The notes under the pieces are model-generated. The model did no database searches and was not told the origin of the DNA. It was given only the letters and a program-made list of their open reading frames with translations. A DNA stretch of 64,000 nt, from contig OY776215.1 in NCBI GenBank assembly GCA_963675495.1, positions 2,496,001-2,560,000 of the forward strand, read 5' to 3'. A program made the translations under genes and the position numbers. Source of the stretch: an uncultured Methanolobus sp. GTDB lineage: Archaea > Halobacteriota > Methanosarcinia > Methanosarcinales > Methanosarcinaceae. Numbering within the stretch: the first letter of the stretch is position 1; the number at the start of each line of letters is the position of its first letter. Of the stretch, positions 9,728 to 19,506 are shown in pieces.

Positions 9728-12700
9728 ATGAATTCAGATATCGCGAACAAAAAACGTTGCTTTAGTCAGGATACCCGGGCTTACATTCCTTTTGCGGTGA
9801 TTGGTATGTTCATTCTTCTCTTCGCTGTAATAGCATCCGTATACATAGCGAAAACAGATTATGATCTGGCAGAGGTAATCTACACTACTAACACTGCTGA
9901 TATGGAGGAAAAAGCTGTTGAATTTGCATCTGCCGACCTTGCACGCTGTCTTAATTATGCGGGAATGGAAGCTCTTGTATGGCAGGGTGAACATCCGGTA
10001 ATAAAACCTGAAACCATTACAAATGAAATTATGGAATCTGATGATTTCTCCGTATCATCCGATAGTCGTGACGTAGAACCCGGTGATACTGTCAAGGTGT
10101 CCGTATCTCTTCCATCTGATGCATTCAAATTCATTTCATGCCTTTTTTCAGATAAACCAAGGACACTTGTCGTAAAAAGCGATTCGAGGACGGTATACAA
10201 GACGATAGACTACAATGAATCCCATTCATTCTGGAGCAGCTCCAGTTTCGAGGAGGAGATCATTATTCCTGAAAATGCTGAATATGGCTATACTTACCTC
10301 ATTCTGGAATATGACGGCGAGACAAAGGCAGTGAACTGGTTCCATGTAGGCAGCAGTCCCCTGAAGGATATCACTGCGGAGTATTTCAATGAATATCTGC
10401 AGACATCCTATCAGGAGAACCAGCATACTTTCAACAATTATGCAATTAACATAGAACCGAATATTGATCCTTCGCAAATAAGAATAGATAAGATCAACGG
10501 AACCCTGAAAAGAGAGATTAGCAGGTCAGCTTCAGATGATCCAGATTATCCTATATATTACACTATGACCGTCCATGATCTGGATTATACTCTGGTGGAC
10601 CTTGCAACGAATACATCAAGAAATGATTGCATGGATGTGACAGCTATCATCACCTCCAGAGAACCTTTGCTAGAGCAACTGGTCAACGAATACGAAACCG
10701 AGTTAAGCGGTGGAGTTACCTCTGATATTGTACTGGGTGCTACCAATATCCGAACTTTCACCTATGGTCCTTGGCAACATTACCTGAACGGTCCCTTGAA
10801 CATCGTGACAGGCCCATCGTTAACGGCTTCTGTAAATGCTGGTACTCTCTATGCCCAGAAACGTATCTTTGATTCTGTGGACCCATGGGCTCTCACATAC
10901 ACTACTTATTACAACGGAAAAGTGCTCTACGATGATGTCAAGCATGATACAACTACTTATGACGAGGACAAAGGAAGTAACCTGAGCACTACATATGATA
11001 GTCTTTCAGATGAAGGCACTTTCAATATCAGTGTCTCAAAGGGGATAAACGAGTCCATGAAAGATGCCAATACCACTCTGGAAGAAGTCGCCAATAATTC
11101 AAGGATAGTGGTTTCTGTTTCCAATTTCACAAATGAGGTGTATAGTAACTGGGTATACAATGACGATGATGTGTGGAAAAGCACAGAATATCCAGACCTG
11201 CTGCATGATGTTACACACGAAGTGTATAGTGGTACGATACAGGGACAGGTCTTCAGGGATGGATTCAATACTTCTACTCCTTATGATTTGCAGGTCGGAC
11301 CTACAAGTTACGGATCTGTTACATGGCAGGGTGGGAACTCAAAAACTGGTAAGGACATTAGGTGGACAGCCCATTATCCTGTCAACATTTCCCATACCTG
11401 TGCTCTGACACCTGATTACAATTTTAGTGGCATATTAGATGTAAACCACAAGGTGAATATCGATGCTTCGTCCCACAAATGGTATTATAAATCTGCCAAA
11501 GTGGACCATGTATCCACAGACATAGTCTGTGAAGGAGTGGATGTTAGCTATGAATACCTCGGAAATGACACTGTAACGAATCTTGAACGAACGGACGGAT
11601 ACCTGTCCGGCGAAAACCATAGTTTTGACTGGAAGGTAACGAACAACATCAAATTCAGGATCAAAACACGCTGGGACATCGATTATACATATCACTGGTC
11701 GTACATGACCTATAATTCATATACAGGCAATCGTAAATATTTCAATGGCGACTCTTCCGGATCATTGGAAAATTACCCCCTTACAGACTATGAAAAAGCA
11801 TCCCATACACAGACAGAAACTGAGAATTTCAGCGTTGTCTATCATCAGTTTTTGCCCTCCGGCGGCTACAGTGGCCTGAGTTCCTACAATTCTGGAAGTG
11901 CCAATGATTACAAAACAAGCACTGTAATTGTCGACGGAGTTCCAATTAACGATAAAGGCTGCAGTGATGCAGCAGACAAGTATCGCGAACAGGAAATCGC
12001 ATCCAAACTACCACTTATACAGGGTAACTACCTTGCTTACGCCAGCGGAACACTGCTCCCTGTGGAAAAGGTTTATTGCGATGTTCCTGACTGGCTCCAT
12101 TATAAAATGGCAACCGAAATGGAGGAGATGTTCAGTGCTATTAACACAGATGATCCTACCAGGGAGGTATCCTTACTTGGCGAAAATCTTGGCAAAAATC
12201 CTACAACGCTGATACAAATCGCATCTCTGGACCTTGCCGCAGAGATGGGGGGAACGTCAAAACGAGAATCCTTCATCCAGCAGGCTCAATATATTGACAC
12301 AAGCCAGTTCACTACAAGTAGTGATGCATGTCGCGCCATTGCAAAGAACGAAGCCTACGAACGCCTGCTCATAGAGCTCAAGGAGAGAAACAAAAAAGCA
12401 GAAGGCTCATTTGATCAATACGTTGACAAATCTTTTGAAGAGGAACAGGGTCATTCCCTTCTAAGTCTTTTGAAGAACAAAGTCTCTACTGATGTACTCT
12501 TCAATAACCCTGCCATGGACAAAGCTTCTATAGCCCTTGGCGCAGAAATGGGCATTATAGAAACTATGGAAGTTGTAGGAATGCCAGACAGTAAATACAA
12601 CTGGAGCGAAAACCTCACTCTTGTGGTGGACCAGTACCCTGACTACCTCTACCATGATCCATATTTCGATTTGCAAAGCCAGTATAAATGGACTGATATA

Positions 12701-13786
12701 TCCGGAAAGGAAGTTTATCCGCTGGCTGTACGCAATGTCTGTGTATTCTCCACAGGAATAGGTGATGATATTGCGGGAATGCTTGCTGATGCTTCTGCAC
12801 CCCTGAAAGATGTAGTTTCCCAGTCCATGAGCCAGAGTCTTGCCGATGCAAATGCTGAAATTGATTCCCTGCTTGAAGATATCGGGAGCAACAGCGCAGA
12901 ACTAATCGTGAAAGGTGTATCAACAGATACAGCTCTCATCGAAGAGAACCGCACTAAAATGATGGATGCATACAGCGATGCCATCAGACAGCAGGTGCCT
13001 CTGGTAATTGTCAGCGAGGTTGCAAAAGACCCGGTTCTAAGCACATGGGTCAGCAGTGCAGATGTGAACCAGATTACAAAAGATTACCTTGCAACTCTAT
13101 CAGATGCTGAACTTGTAAACATGAGCGCAAACAACAATCTTCAGGATGAGATTTTTGCTCAGGTCAGCCAAAAGATCATAAATGACAACCCTGCAATAAC
13201 CTCCAATGAAATTGATGTGGCACTATACCGCCTTGAAGCAGACATGCAGATCGGCGTGACAGAAGGGGTATGCGTAGCCATACAAAGTTGTCAGGCAGTC
13301 ATCGACCAGTGTTTTGCAAACATTAATAATGAGTTACAAAATAAACTGGATGAATCAACCGATAAACTGACAGGACAGTTTGCCGAAAAAATGGAAAAGA
13401 GGTTGCAGAAGTCGATGAAAATGGTTCCATGTGGACTGCCTGTGCTGCCACCTAATTGGGTGTGTACGGTGAATGTGTGGGAGTATGAAGTGAAGGGTGC
13501 TTATAAGGAATTTGAAGTTATTGATAACGATAATGAATGCATGTTCAATCCTTATTTTGGACATGATGCACAATCTTATATTCGTAAAAATGAGAGGATT
13601 GTTCATCTTACGAAAAGAGGAAACGATGGGGGCTTGATTGTTATTGGAAGTAATCAGCGAATTGTATTTGGTTTTTCAGGTTATGCAGCAACTATTGTAG
13701 GCCCCGGTCCAAAAGGTGTCGGCGATAAAGTAGGAGAGAGGGATGAAAAGTCTATTGCTTATGATTATTTTGAATCACAATTTTGA
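9728..13786 (+). CDS. Large (1352 aa) surface protein with class III signal peptide; function unknown
   Basis: FSQDTRA|YIPFAVIGMFILLFAVIASVYI; beta-rich Tyr/Ser/Thr middle; helical acidic region; C-terminal PCGLPVLPPNWVCTVNVW motif. By recall it resembles the euryarchaeal DUF7286-type family (unverified). Confidence 0.8.
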   Translation: MNSDIANKKRCFSQDTRAYIPFAVIGMFILLFAVIASVYIAKTDYDLAEVIYTTNTADMEEKAVEFASADLARCLNYAGMEALVWQGEHPVIKPETITNEIMESDDFSVSSDSRDVEPGDTVKVSVSLPSDAFKFISCLFSDKPRTLVVKSDSRTVYKTIDYNESHSFWSSSSFEEEIIIPENAEYGYTYLILEYDGETKAVNWFHVGSSPLKDITAEYFNEYLQTSYQENQHTFNNYAINIEPNIDPSQIRIDKINGTLKREISRSASDDPDYPIYYTMTVHDLDYTLVDLATNTSRNDCMDVTAIITSREPLLEQLVNEYETELSGGVTSDIVLGATNIRTFTYGPWQHYLNGPLNIVTGPSLTASVNAGTLYAQKRIFDSVDPWALTYTTYYNGKVLYDDVKHDTTTYDEDKGSNLSTTYDSLSDEGTFNISVSKGINESMKDANTTLEEVANNSRIVVSVSNFTNEVYSNWVYNDDDVWKSTEYPDLLHDVTHEVYSGTIQGQVFRDGFNTSTPYDLQVGPTSYGSVTWQGGNSKTGKDIRWTAHYPVNISHTCALTPDYNFSGILDVNHKVNIDASSHKWYYKSAKVDHVSTDIVCEGVDVSYEYLGNDTVTNLERTDGYLSGENHSFDWKVTNNIKFRIKTRWDIDYTYHWSYMTYNSYTGNRKYFNGDSSGSLENYPLTDYEKASHTQTETENFSVVYHQFLPSGGYSGLSSYNSGSANDYKTSTVIVDGVPINDKGCSDAADKYREQEIASKLPLIQGNYLAYASGTLLPVEKVYCDVPDWLHYKMATEMEEMFSAINTDDPTREVSLLGENLGKNPTTLIQIASLDLAAEMGGTSKRESFIQQAQYIDTSQFTTSSDACRAIAKNEAYERLLIELKERNKKAEGSFDQYVDKSFEEEQGHSLLSLLKNKVSTDVLFNNPAMDKASIALGAEMGIIETMEVVGMPDSKYNWSENLTLVVDQYPDYLYHDPYFDLQSQYKWTDISGKEVYPLAVRNVCVFSTGIGDDIAGMLADASAPLKDVVSQSMSQSLADANAEIDSLLEDIGSNSAELIVKGVSTDTALIEENRTKMMDAYSDAIRQQVPLVIVSEVAKDPVLSTWVSSADVNQITKDYLATLSDAELVNMSANNNLQDEIFAQVSQKIINDNPAITSNEIDVALYRLEADMQIGVTEGVCVAIQSCQAVIDQCFANINNELQNKLDESTDKLTGQFAEKMEKRLQKSMKMVPCGLPVLPPNWVCTVNVWEYEVKGAYKEFEVIDNDNECMFNPYFGHDAQSYIRKNERIVHLTKRGNDGGLIVIGSNQRIVFGFSGYAATIVGPGPKGVGDKVGERDEKSIAYDYFESQF

Positions 13787-13795
13787 GGAAAGAGT

Positions 13796-14395
13796 ATGAA
13801 TTGTAAATTAGGTATTGTATGTATTGTATGTCTTTTAGTACTGTTTTCGACGCCATCATCATCAGAAAGTTCCAACCTTAAGATTGATGTTTTTTATAAT
13901 GACCAATTGTATCCTGGAGCATCAACCCCAAAACCGCTTTTGAAAATTGGCGAACCATTTAAACTGAGATTTGAAGTAACTTGTTACAAAAGGAACTTTC
14001 TGTCGGCAATGTTAACTTCTATTGGTGAAAATGATTTTGACATAATTGAAGGACCAACATCATATTTAGGAGACTTTATAGATGAAACAATAGAAGCAAA
14101 TGAGACAAGGGTTTTTGAATGGACAGTTGCTCCAAATGAAGAGTGGGCTGGAGGCAGTGCACCAATTGACTTTTACTACCAAATGACTGATTTGGAAACT
14201 GCAAAAACGATTACAAGTGGTGAATTCACCGCCGCCTACGTCACAATCTCTGAAGAGTACTACGATGGTCCAGAAACTGCGACAGTGCCCACAGGTGACT
14301 CAGAAAGCCAAAACGATACACCCACAACTCCGGCATTCACAGCTTTGTTTGCGGTGTTTGCCTTGGCAGCAGCAGTCATCCTAAGAAAAGAGTAG
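13796..14395 (+). CDS. Sarcinarray-type (MAST domain) surface protein with PGF/PEF-CTERM-like sorting signal
   Basis: Signal peptide, DVFYNDQLYPG..PKPLLKIGEPF motif, Thr/Pro-rich linker, then PAF + TM helix + RK. Confidence 0.75.
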   Translation: MNCKLGIVCIVCLLVLFSTPSSSESSNLKIDVFYNDQLYPGASTPKPLLKIGEPFKLRFEVTCYKRNFLSAMLTSIGENDFDIIEGPTSYLGDFIDETIEANETRVFEWTVAPNEEWAGGSAPIDFYYQMTDLETAKTITSGEFTAAYVTISEEYYDGPETATVPTGDSESQNDTPTTPAFTALFAVFALAAAVILRKE

Positions 14396-14526
14396 ATTCA
14401 ATTCACAGAATCTCCTCTTTTTTCAGTCATTTTTCTTATGCTTGCATAAATCAAAACCGTTAAATACATTGTCCAATGTACTGAATTATACATCAATGAA
14501 TTTACTTTTTCTACAGAGGTATAACT

Positions 14527-15825
14527 ATGGATCATACAAAGATTTTACTTGATGAAAATGAAATGCCAAAACAGTGGTATAACATACTTGCAGACCTGCC
14601 TGTTGAGCCACCACTCAATCCGGCAACCAACGAGCCAATGGATCCCAAGGACCTTGAGCCTATATTTGCAAAGCAGCTCATTCAACAGGAAATAAGCACT
14701 CAGAGGTATATTGACATTCCTGAGGAGATCAGGGAGATATACACTCTCTGGAGACCATCACCTTTGCACAGGGCACACAGGCTTGAGAAGGCATTGGGAA
14801 CTCCTGCAAAGATATACTACAAGAATGAAAGTGTCAGTCCAGCAGGAAGCCACAAACCAAACACTGCTATTGCACAGGCATACTACAATATGAAGGAAGG
14901 TACTGAAAGGATCACTACCGAAACCGGTGCAGGCCAGTGGGGCAGTGCATTATCACTTTGCTGTAATTACTTTGACATGGAGTGTAAGGTCTACATGGTA
15001 AGTTCAAGCTTCTACCAGAAGCCATACCGCAAGTCCCTCATAAATCTCTGGGGAGCAAACGTAGTGCCTTCCCCGAGCACAGAGACACAGTTTGGAAGAA
15101 AGATCAGGGAAATGTATCCTGATACATCAGGTAGTCTTGGTATTGCAATCAGTGAAGCAATTGAGGAAGCCGCTCTTAATGACAACACCAAGTATGCGCT
15201 TGGCAGTGTCCTAAACCATACCAGTCTGCACCAGACTGTAGTAGGTCTTGAGACCCAGGCACAGTTCGATAAGACCGAGGACTATCCGGACATCGTTATT
15301 GGATGTTGTGGTGGTGGAAGTAACCTTGCTGGTGTCGCTCTCCCATACATCAGGGACAATCTTGCAGGCAAGACAAACACAAGGTTCATCGCAGTAGAGC
15401 CTTCTGCATGTCCGACCCTTACAGCAGGCGAATTCAAGTATGACTTCGGTGACATGGCAAAAATGACGCCTCTGCTTAAGATGTACACACTTGGTTCCGA
15501 GTTCATACCACCTGCAATTCACGCTGGCGGTCTCAGATATCATGGTGTTTCACCAATCATTAGTAAAATTGTTTCAGAAGGTCTCATGGAAGCAACCACC
15601 TACCACCAGATAGAGATATTTGATGCAGCAGTGACATTCGCACGCAGTGAGGGAATTGCCCCTGCTCCTGAATCAGCTCATGCTATCAAATGTGCTATTG
15701 ATGAAGCACTCAAATGCAAGAAGACAGGTGAAGAGAAAACAATTCTGTTTAACCTCAGTGGTCATGGTCACTTTGACATGGGCTCCTACGATAAATATTT
15801 CAGTGGCGAGCTGAGCAACGACTAA
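14527..15825 (+). CDS. trpB2: TrpB-like PLP enzyme (tryptophan synthase beta 2)
   Basis: [11 protein letters not shown] (PLP lysine), [14 protein letters not shown] and NLSGHG; stand-alone gene. Confidence 0.93.
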   Translation: MDHTKILLDENEMPKQWYNILADLPVEPPLNPATNEPMDPKDLEPIFAKQLIQQEISTQRYIDIPEEIREIYTLWRPSPLHRAHRLEKALGTPAKIYYKNESVSPAGSHKPNTAIAQAYYNMKEGTERITTETGAGQWGSALSLCCNYFDMECKVYMVSSSFYQKPYRKSLINLWGANVVPSPSTETQFGRKIREMYPDTSGSLGIAISEAIEEAALNDNTKYALGSVLNHTSLHQTVVGLETQAQFDKTEDYPDIVIGCCGGGSNLAGVALPYIRDNLAGKTNTRFIAVEPSACPTLTAGEFKYDFGDMAKMTPLLKMYTLGSEFIPPAIHAGGLRYHGVSPIISKIVSEGLMEATTYHQIEIFDAAVTFARSEGIAPAPESAHAIKCAIDEALKCKKTGEEKTILFNLSGHGHFDMGSYDKYFSGELSND

Positions 15826-15918
15826 ATGCAATAATTAATTAAAATAGGGTTTAGTGGTATGTTTCGCATGCCACACATTTATTTCTTATTTTTGTTTTTC
15901 GAAAACTTCAGTTTACTA

Positions 15919-16806
15919 TCAGTTTGAGTTAGATTCCATATCCTTTTTGTAAACAATGGTTCTGTATGGGAATGGTATCTCAATACCTTCTGCATCGAAT
16001 CTCTTTTTAATAGCTTCTCTTATATCGCAGCCGTTATCATATGCTATGTCCCTGTCCTCTACCCATAAAAGTAGCCTGAGTATTACTGCAAAATCTCCCA
16101 GTTCCCTGACACGGACACTTATAACATCTTCTTTTTTAATATCGGGGTGATGATTCCTGAGTTGACTTAAAGTCATCACATTACTATTCTTTCTGGCCTC
16201 ACATATCATAATACTCCTTGCTTTGTCAATATCAGAATCATAACTGATCCCAATATCAATTGGCCAGTTCACAGTTGGATCCTCAATAGACCAGTTGATT
16301 ATGGATTCCTCGCTGATGACACTGTTTGGAATGATCAGTCTTCTGTTGTCCCATGTTCTCACTACTGTATGCCTGAGTGTGATGTCTGTAATTCTTCCAT
16401 ATTCATCCCTGATGGTAACAAGGTCTCCAACCCTAAAAGGCCGAAACGCTGCAAGTGAGATACCGGAAATGATGTTTGAGAGTGTACTCTGGGCCGCGAG
16501 ACCAAGCACAATACCGGCAAACCCTGCACTTGCAAAGAGTGTTATGGAAAGTGCTTCAAGGGAAGGTATCAGGTTTACGACAATAGTGGCACCTAGGAGG
16601 TAGATAGCAGCAACCGCAGTATGTCTGACGACCCTGTAACTTGTTTGGTCAACATTCATTTTCTTACTTACAATTTTGAGCTGCCTGGAAAGGATGTGGT
16701 CAACAGACCTTGCAAAAAAAACAGTCAACAGTATTGTAAGTACAATAAAGATTGCATTCACAATCTCCCAGGTTATCCATGCTGGTATAGTTATCAGGTT
16801 TTCCAT
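15919..16806 (-). CDS. mscS: Small-conductance mechanosensitive channel
   Basis: TM3 motif AGFAGIVLGLAAQSTLSNIISG, PFRVGD, IPNS and GIEIPFP; start set at ATG 16806. Confidence 0.9.
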   Translation of the reverse strand: MENLITIPAWITWEIVNAIFIVLTILLTVFFARSVDHILSRQLKIVSKKMNVDQTSYRVVRHTAVAAIYLLGATIVVNLIPSLEALSITLFASAGFAGIVLGLAAQSTLSNIISGISLAAFRPFRVGDLVTIRDEYGRITDITLRHTVVRTWDNRRLIIPNSVISEESIINWSIEDPTVNWPIDIGISYDSDIDKARSIMICEARKNSNVMTLSQLRNHHPDIKKEDVISVRVRELGDFAVILRLLLWVEDRDIAYDNGCDIREAIKKRFDAEGIEIPFPYRTIVYKKDMESNSN

Positions 16807-17079
16807 ATTAACTCTTAAACATATTAGCAATTGAACGAATATGAGTTTATTGTTTTTACTTAATACTTCGAACAATTTATTCAAGTTTCGAAATGTTTAT
16901 TTCGTATCATCTCTTTATATGATATGGAGTGAACAAATCTTTCGGACAGGGAGTGTATGTTGGGTATAAACCCGGGAGCATTAGCCGTAGGTGAATAAAG
17001 GCCTTCTGTTTCTTTTGATTTATTTTGTTGCACCTCTGCCAGGTATACTTGTGCACTTTCAAGTAACAAAGGGGTCAAT

Positions 17080-18555
17080 ATGAACGAAATATATGATAAA
17101 ATGGCAACAGAAGCCATGAATGCACAGAAAGCTGTTGTAAGTACTATAAACAAGAAAAGAGGAACTGCATTTAAAGTTGAGGATGCAAAAGCATACGTGG
17201 ATGCAGTAAATAAAATGGAGCCAAAAGGTGCTCAATGCAAAGAAGTATTCGATTTGCACGTAAACTCGGTAAATTCGCACTATGATACACTTTCCGGCTT
17301 AACTGACAGTGTGCGCCCGGAAGATGACCCATATGTCGAGCATTATCAGACACCACCAATATTGGACATATTGTATGAGGAAGATCCTGCTTTTAGGGCA
17401 TCAGTGGAGAAATTCATTGACAGAATTGGCAGATCAGAAGCTCTTATCGGTAAAGAATCAATTCGAAGATACGGAGGTTTTTATGGTCCGACCTGCGTGG
17501 TTGACTTTGCCTTTGTTCCTGGAAGCACAAGTAACGTGGTTAACAGAATATTGCAGAAAACAGATATTCCGGTAGACCACAAGCGTGCAATACTTTCTTC
17601 TAAGTCATGGGGAATGAACACATCATATGGTGTAGGCGCTAAATTCCAGATGGCAATTGAGAATGGTAAGACTCCTTCAGAGGCCATCAAAGAAGAGATC
17701 GAAATGCTGCAGATGGTCTACGACTCTCCTATATCAGCACAGGTCAAACTTATGGACGAGGCTGGTCACACATCATTCGATGTTAAGAAATATATGAACC
17801 AGTACAAGCAGAAGATGAAGCCTACTATCAAGGCCGCAATGGATGCTGATGTCTTCTATGGTAATATCGTAACGGTTCCTGCATATGGTGTGGGTGACGT
17901 TGCCCATCACATATCCCAGTCAATGTTCAATATGACAAAAGATGATGTCATCATGGAAGTTATCAATGCCGTAAGCGATGTCATGGAAGGGACAATGAAG
18001 AATGGTATGGGTAAGTTCAGAGATGAATATTCACCTCTGACCATTGCAACCGATGCTGCTGCTGCTGCAACGACAAAGATACTCTGGATGGATGGTTTCA
18101 CAACCATGATGGTCATTGACCTGCTGGTCAAGAGATTCCACAATCTTGTGCTCACCAATCCAACAAGGGGAGCTGCAGCTGAGCTTCATAACGTTGACTT
18201 TATCGATCTTATTGAAAAGGGAGAACGTATCATTGACCACAAACCAAGGGGTATGGGTGGTGTTGTTCAGGGAATACCTGTTGACATGAGTCCAATTGAG
18301 AAGAACGAGGTGCTCAATAACCCACAGCGTTACACCTATCCTGCATGTGCTATCACTGTCAGGTTCTCAGCACTTATGCGGCTGGCTGATTTCCCATGCC
18401 TGCTGACAAGTGAGCCTGTTACAGCTACAATGCTGACAAACATCATAGCCCTGCATAAGACAGAACCACATTCACCAGCACGTACCTGCAAGTTCTGCGC
18501 AGCCAACTACTTCGATTACAAGTGCAAGGATTGTAACTGGACGGAGGCCGTTTGA
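17080..18555 (+). CDS. DUF2193-family conserved methanogen protein
   Basis: Recognised from the RPEDDPYVEHYQTP, SWGMNTSYG and ELHNVDF motifs; C-terminal CxxC...CxxC. Confidence 0.75.
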   Translation: MNEIYDKMATEAMNAQKAVVSTINKKRGTAFKVEDAKAYVDAVNKMEPKGAQCKEVFDLHVNSVNSHYDTLSGLTDSVRPEDDPYVEHYQTPPILDILYEEDPAFRASVEKFIDRIGRSEALIGKESIRRYGGFYGPTCVVDFAFVPGSTSNVVNRILQKTDIPVDHKRAILSSKSWGMNTSYGVGAKFQMAIENGKTPSEAIKEEIEMLQMVYDSPISAQVKLMDEAGHTSFDVKKYMNQYKQKMKPTIKAAMDADVFYGNIVTVPAYGVGDVAHHISQSMFNMTKDDVIMEVINAVSDVMEGTMKNGMGKFRDEYSPLTIATDAAAAATTKILWMDGFTTMMVIDLLVKRFHNLVLTNPTRGAAAELHNVDFIDLIEKGERIIDHKPRGMGGVVQGIPVDMSPIEKNEVLNNPQRYTYPACAITVRFSALMRLADFPCLLTSEPVTATMLTNIIALHKTEPHSPARTCKFCAANYFDYKCKDCNWTEAV

Positions 18556-18605
18556 TGACAGATGTGCCTCTCTGAGGTACATTTTGTTTTCAGGCAGGTG
18601 ATCTT

Positions 18606-19355
18606 ATGTCAGAACCGGGTCTATTCAAAAGATCCATAGCCGAACTAATCGGGACCTATGTTCTGGTGTTCCTGGGAACAGGCTCTGTAGTAACTACCGT
18701 CCTGTTGGTCCAGGGTGCCAGTCCAATTCCTGGCAACACTTTCAATGTAGGTATAGATATCGCAGCATGGTTTGCCATTGGTATCTCTTTTGCCATAGCG
18801 ATAATTGCCATGATATACGCTTTCGGTCACATATCGGGAACGCATATCAATCCGGCAGTTAGTATTGCATTGTGGGCGACCGGACGTTTCCCTGCAAAGG
18901 ACATGTTTGGTTATATCGTTGCTCAGTTGATTGGTGCAAGTCTTGCATCGTTCACAATTGTAGCGATATTGGGTTCCAGAGCTGTTGACACTGGCCTTGG
19001 CGCAACGGCAATGTTCGATGGTGTGAGTTATGGCCAGGCAATTCTTTGTGAAGCAGTTGCAACTTTTTTCCTGATGCTGACAATTATGGGATCAGCAGTG
19101 GATAAAAGGGCACCTGCAGGTTTTGCAGGGTTGGCCATTGGCCTTGTGGTTGCAGCAGACGTCATCGTTGTGGGAAACATAACGGGTTCATCGCTTAATC
19201 CGGCCCGTACTTTCGGTCCGTATCTGGCGGAGTTTGTCATGGGAGGTTCTAATCTCTGGTGGCAATTCCCTATATACATTATAGGGCCAATAGTTGGTGC
19301 TCTGGTTGCAGCTTTGCTTTATGATTACGTGTCAGGGGCAAAGGATCTGGATTGA
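18606..19355 (+). CDS. aqpM: MIP family channel (AqpM-like aquaporin)
   Basis: Two NPA motifs (HINPAVS, SLNPARTFG) and six hydrophobic helices. Confidence 0.9.
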   Translation: MSEPGLFKRSIAELIGTYVLVFLGTGSVVTTVLLVQGASPIPGNTFNVGIDIAAWFAIGISFAIAIIAMIYAFGHISGTHINPAVSIALWATGRFPAKDMFGYIVAQLIGASLASFTIVAILGSRAVDTGLGATAMFDGVSYGQAILCEAVATFFLMLTIMGSAVDKRAPAGFAGLAIGLVVAADVIVVGNITGSSLNPARTFGPYLAEFVMGGSNLWWQFPIYIIGPIVGALVAALLYDYVSGAKDLD

Positions 19356-19506
19356 TGGGAGCAGTTATCTGCTCCTTTTGTTTTCAAGTATTATCACGCA
19401 AGAAGTGTCTCTATAGAATTTCTCATTTTGATAAAAGTAATTACCATAACATACTGAATCCTGAAAACAAAAGAATATTTCAATCAGATATACGTTAGCA
19501 TGTATT

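Noticed and set aside
13430-13786. C-terminus of the giant protein as a classical nuclease or deaminase toxin domain
   Set aside because: No HNH, PD-(D/E)xK, HxE..CxxC or ADP-ribosyltransferase motif is visible, and the downstream partner is a surface protein rather than a cytoplasmic immunity protein. Recognition or adhesion fits better.
16867-16892. Two TTCGAA hexamers upstream of mscS/DUF2193 as a possible MsvR-type operator
   Set aside because: The spacing is much longer than the TTCG-N7-9-CGAA pattern I recall, and such hexamers are expected by chance in AT-rich DNA.
16807-17153. Extended mscS N-terminus (to 16884) and ORF 16881-17153
   Set aside because: AT-rich divergent promoter region and antisense overlap with DUF2193; ATG 16806 gives a normal MscS.
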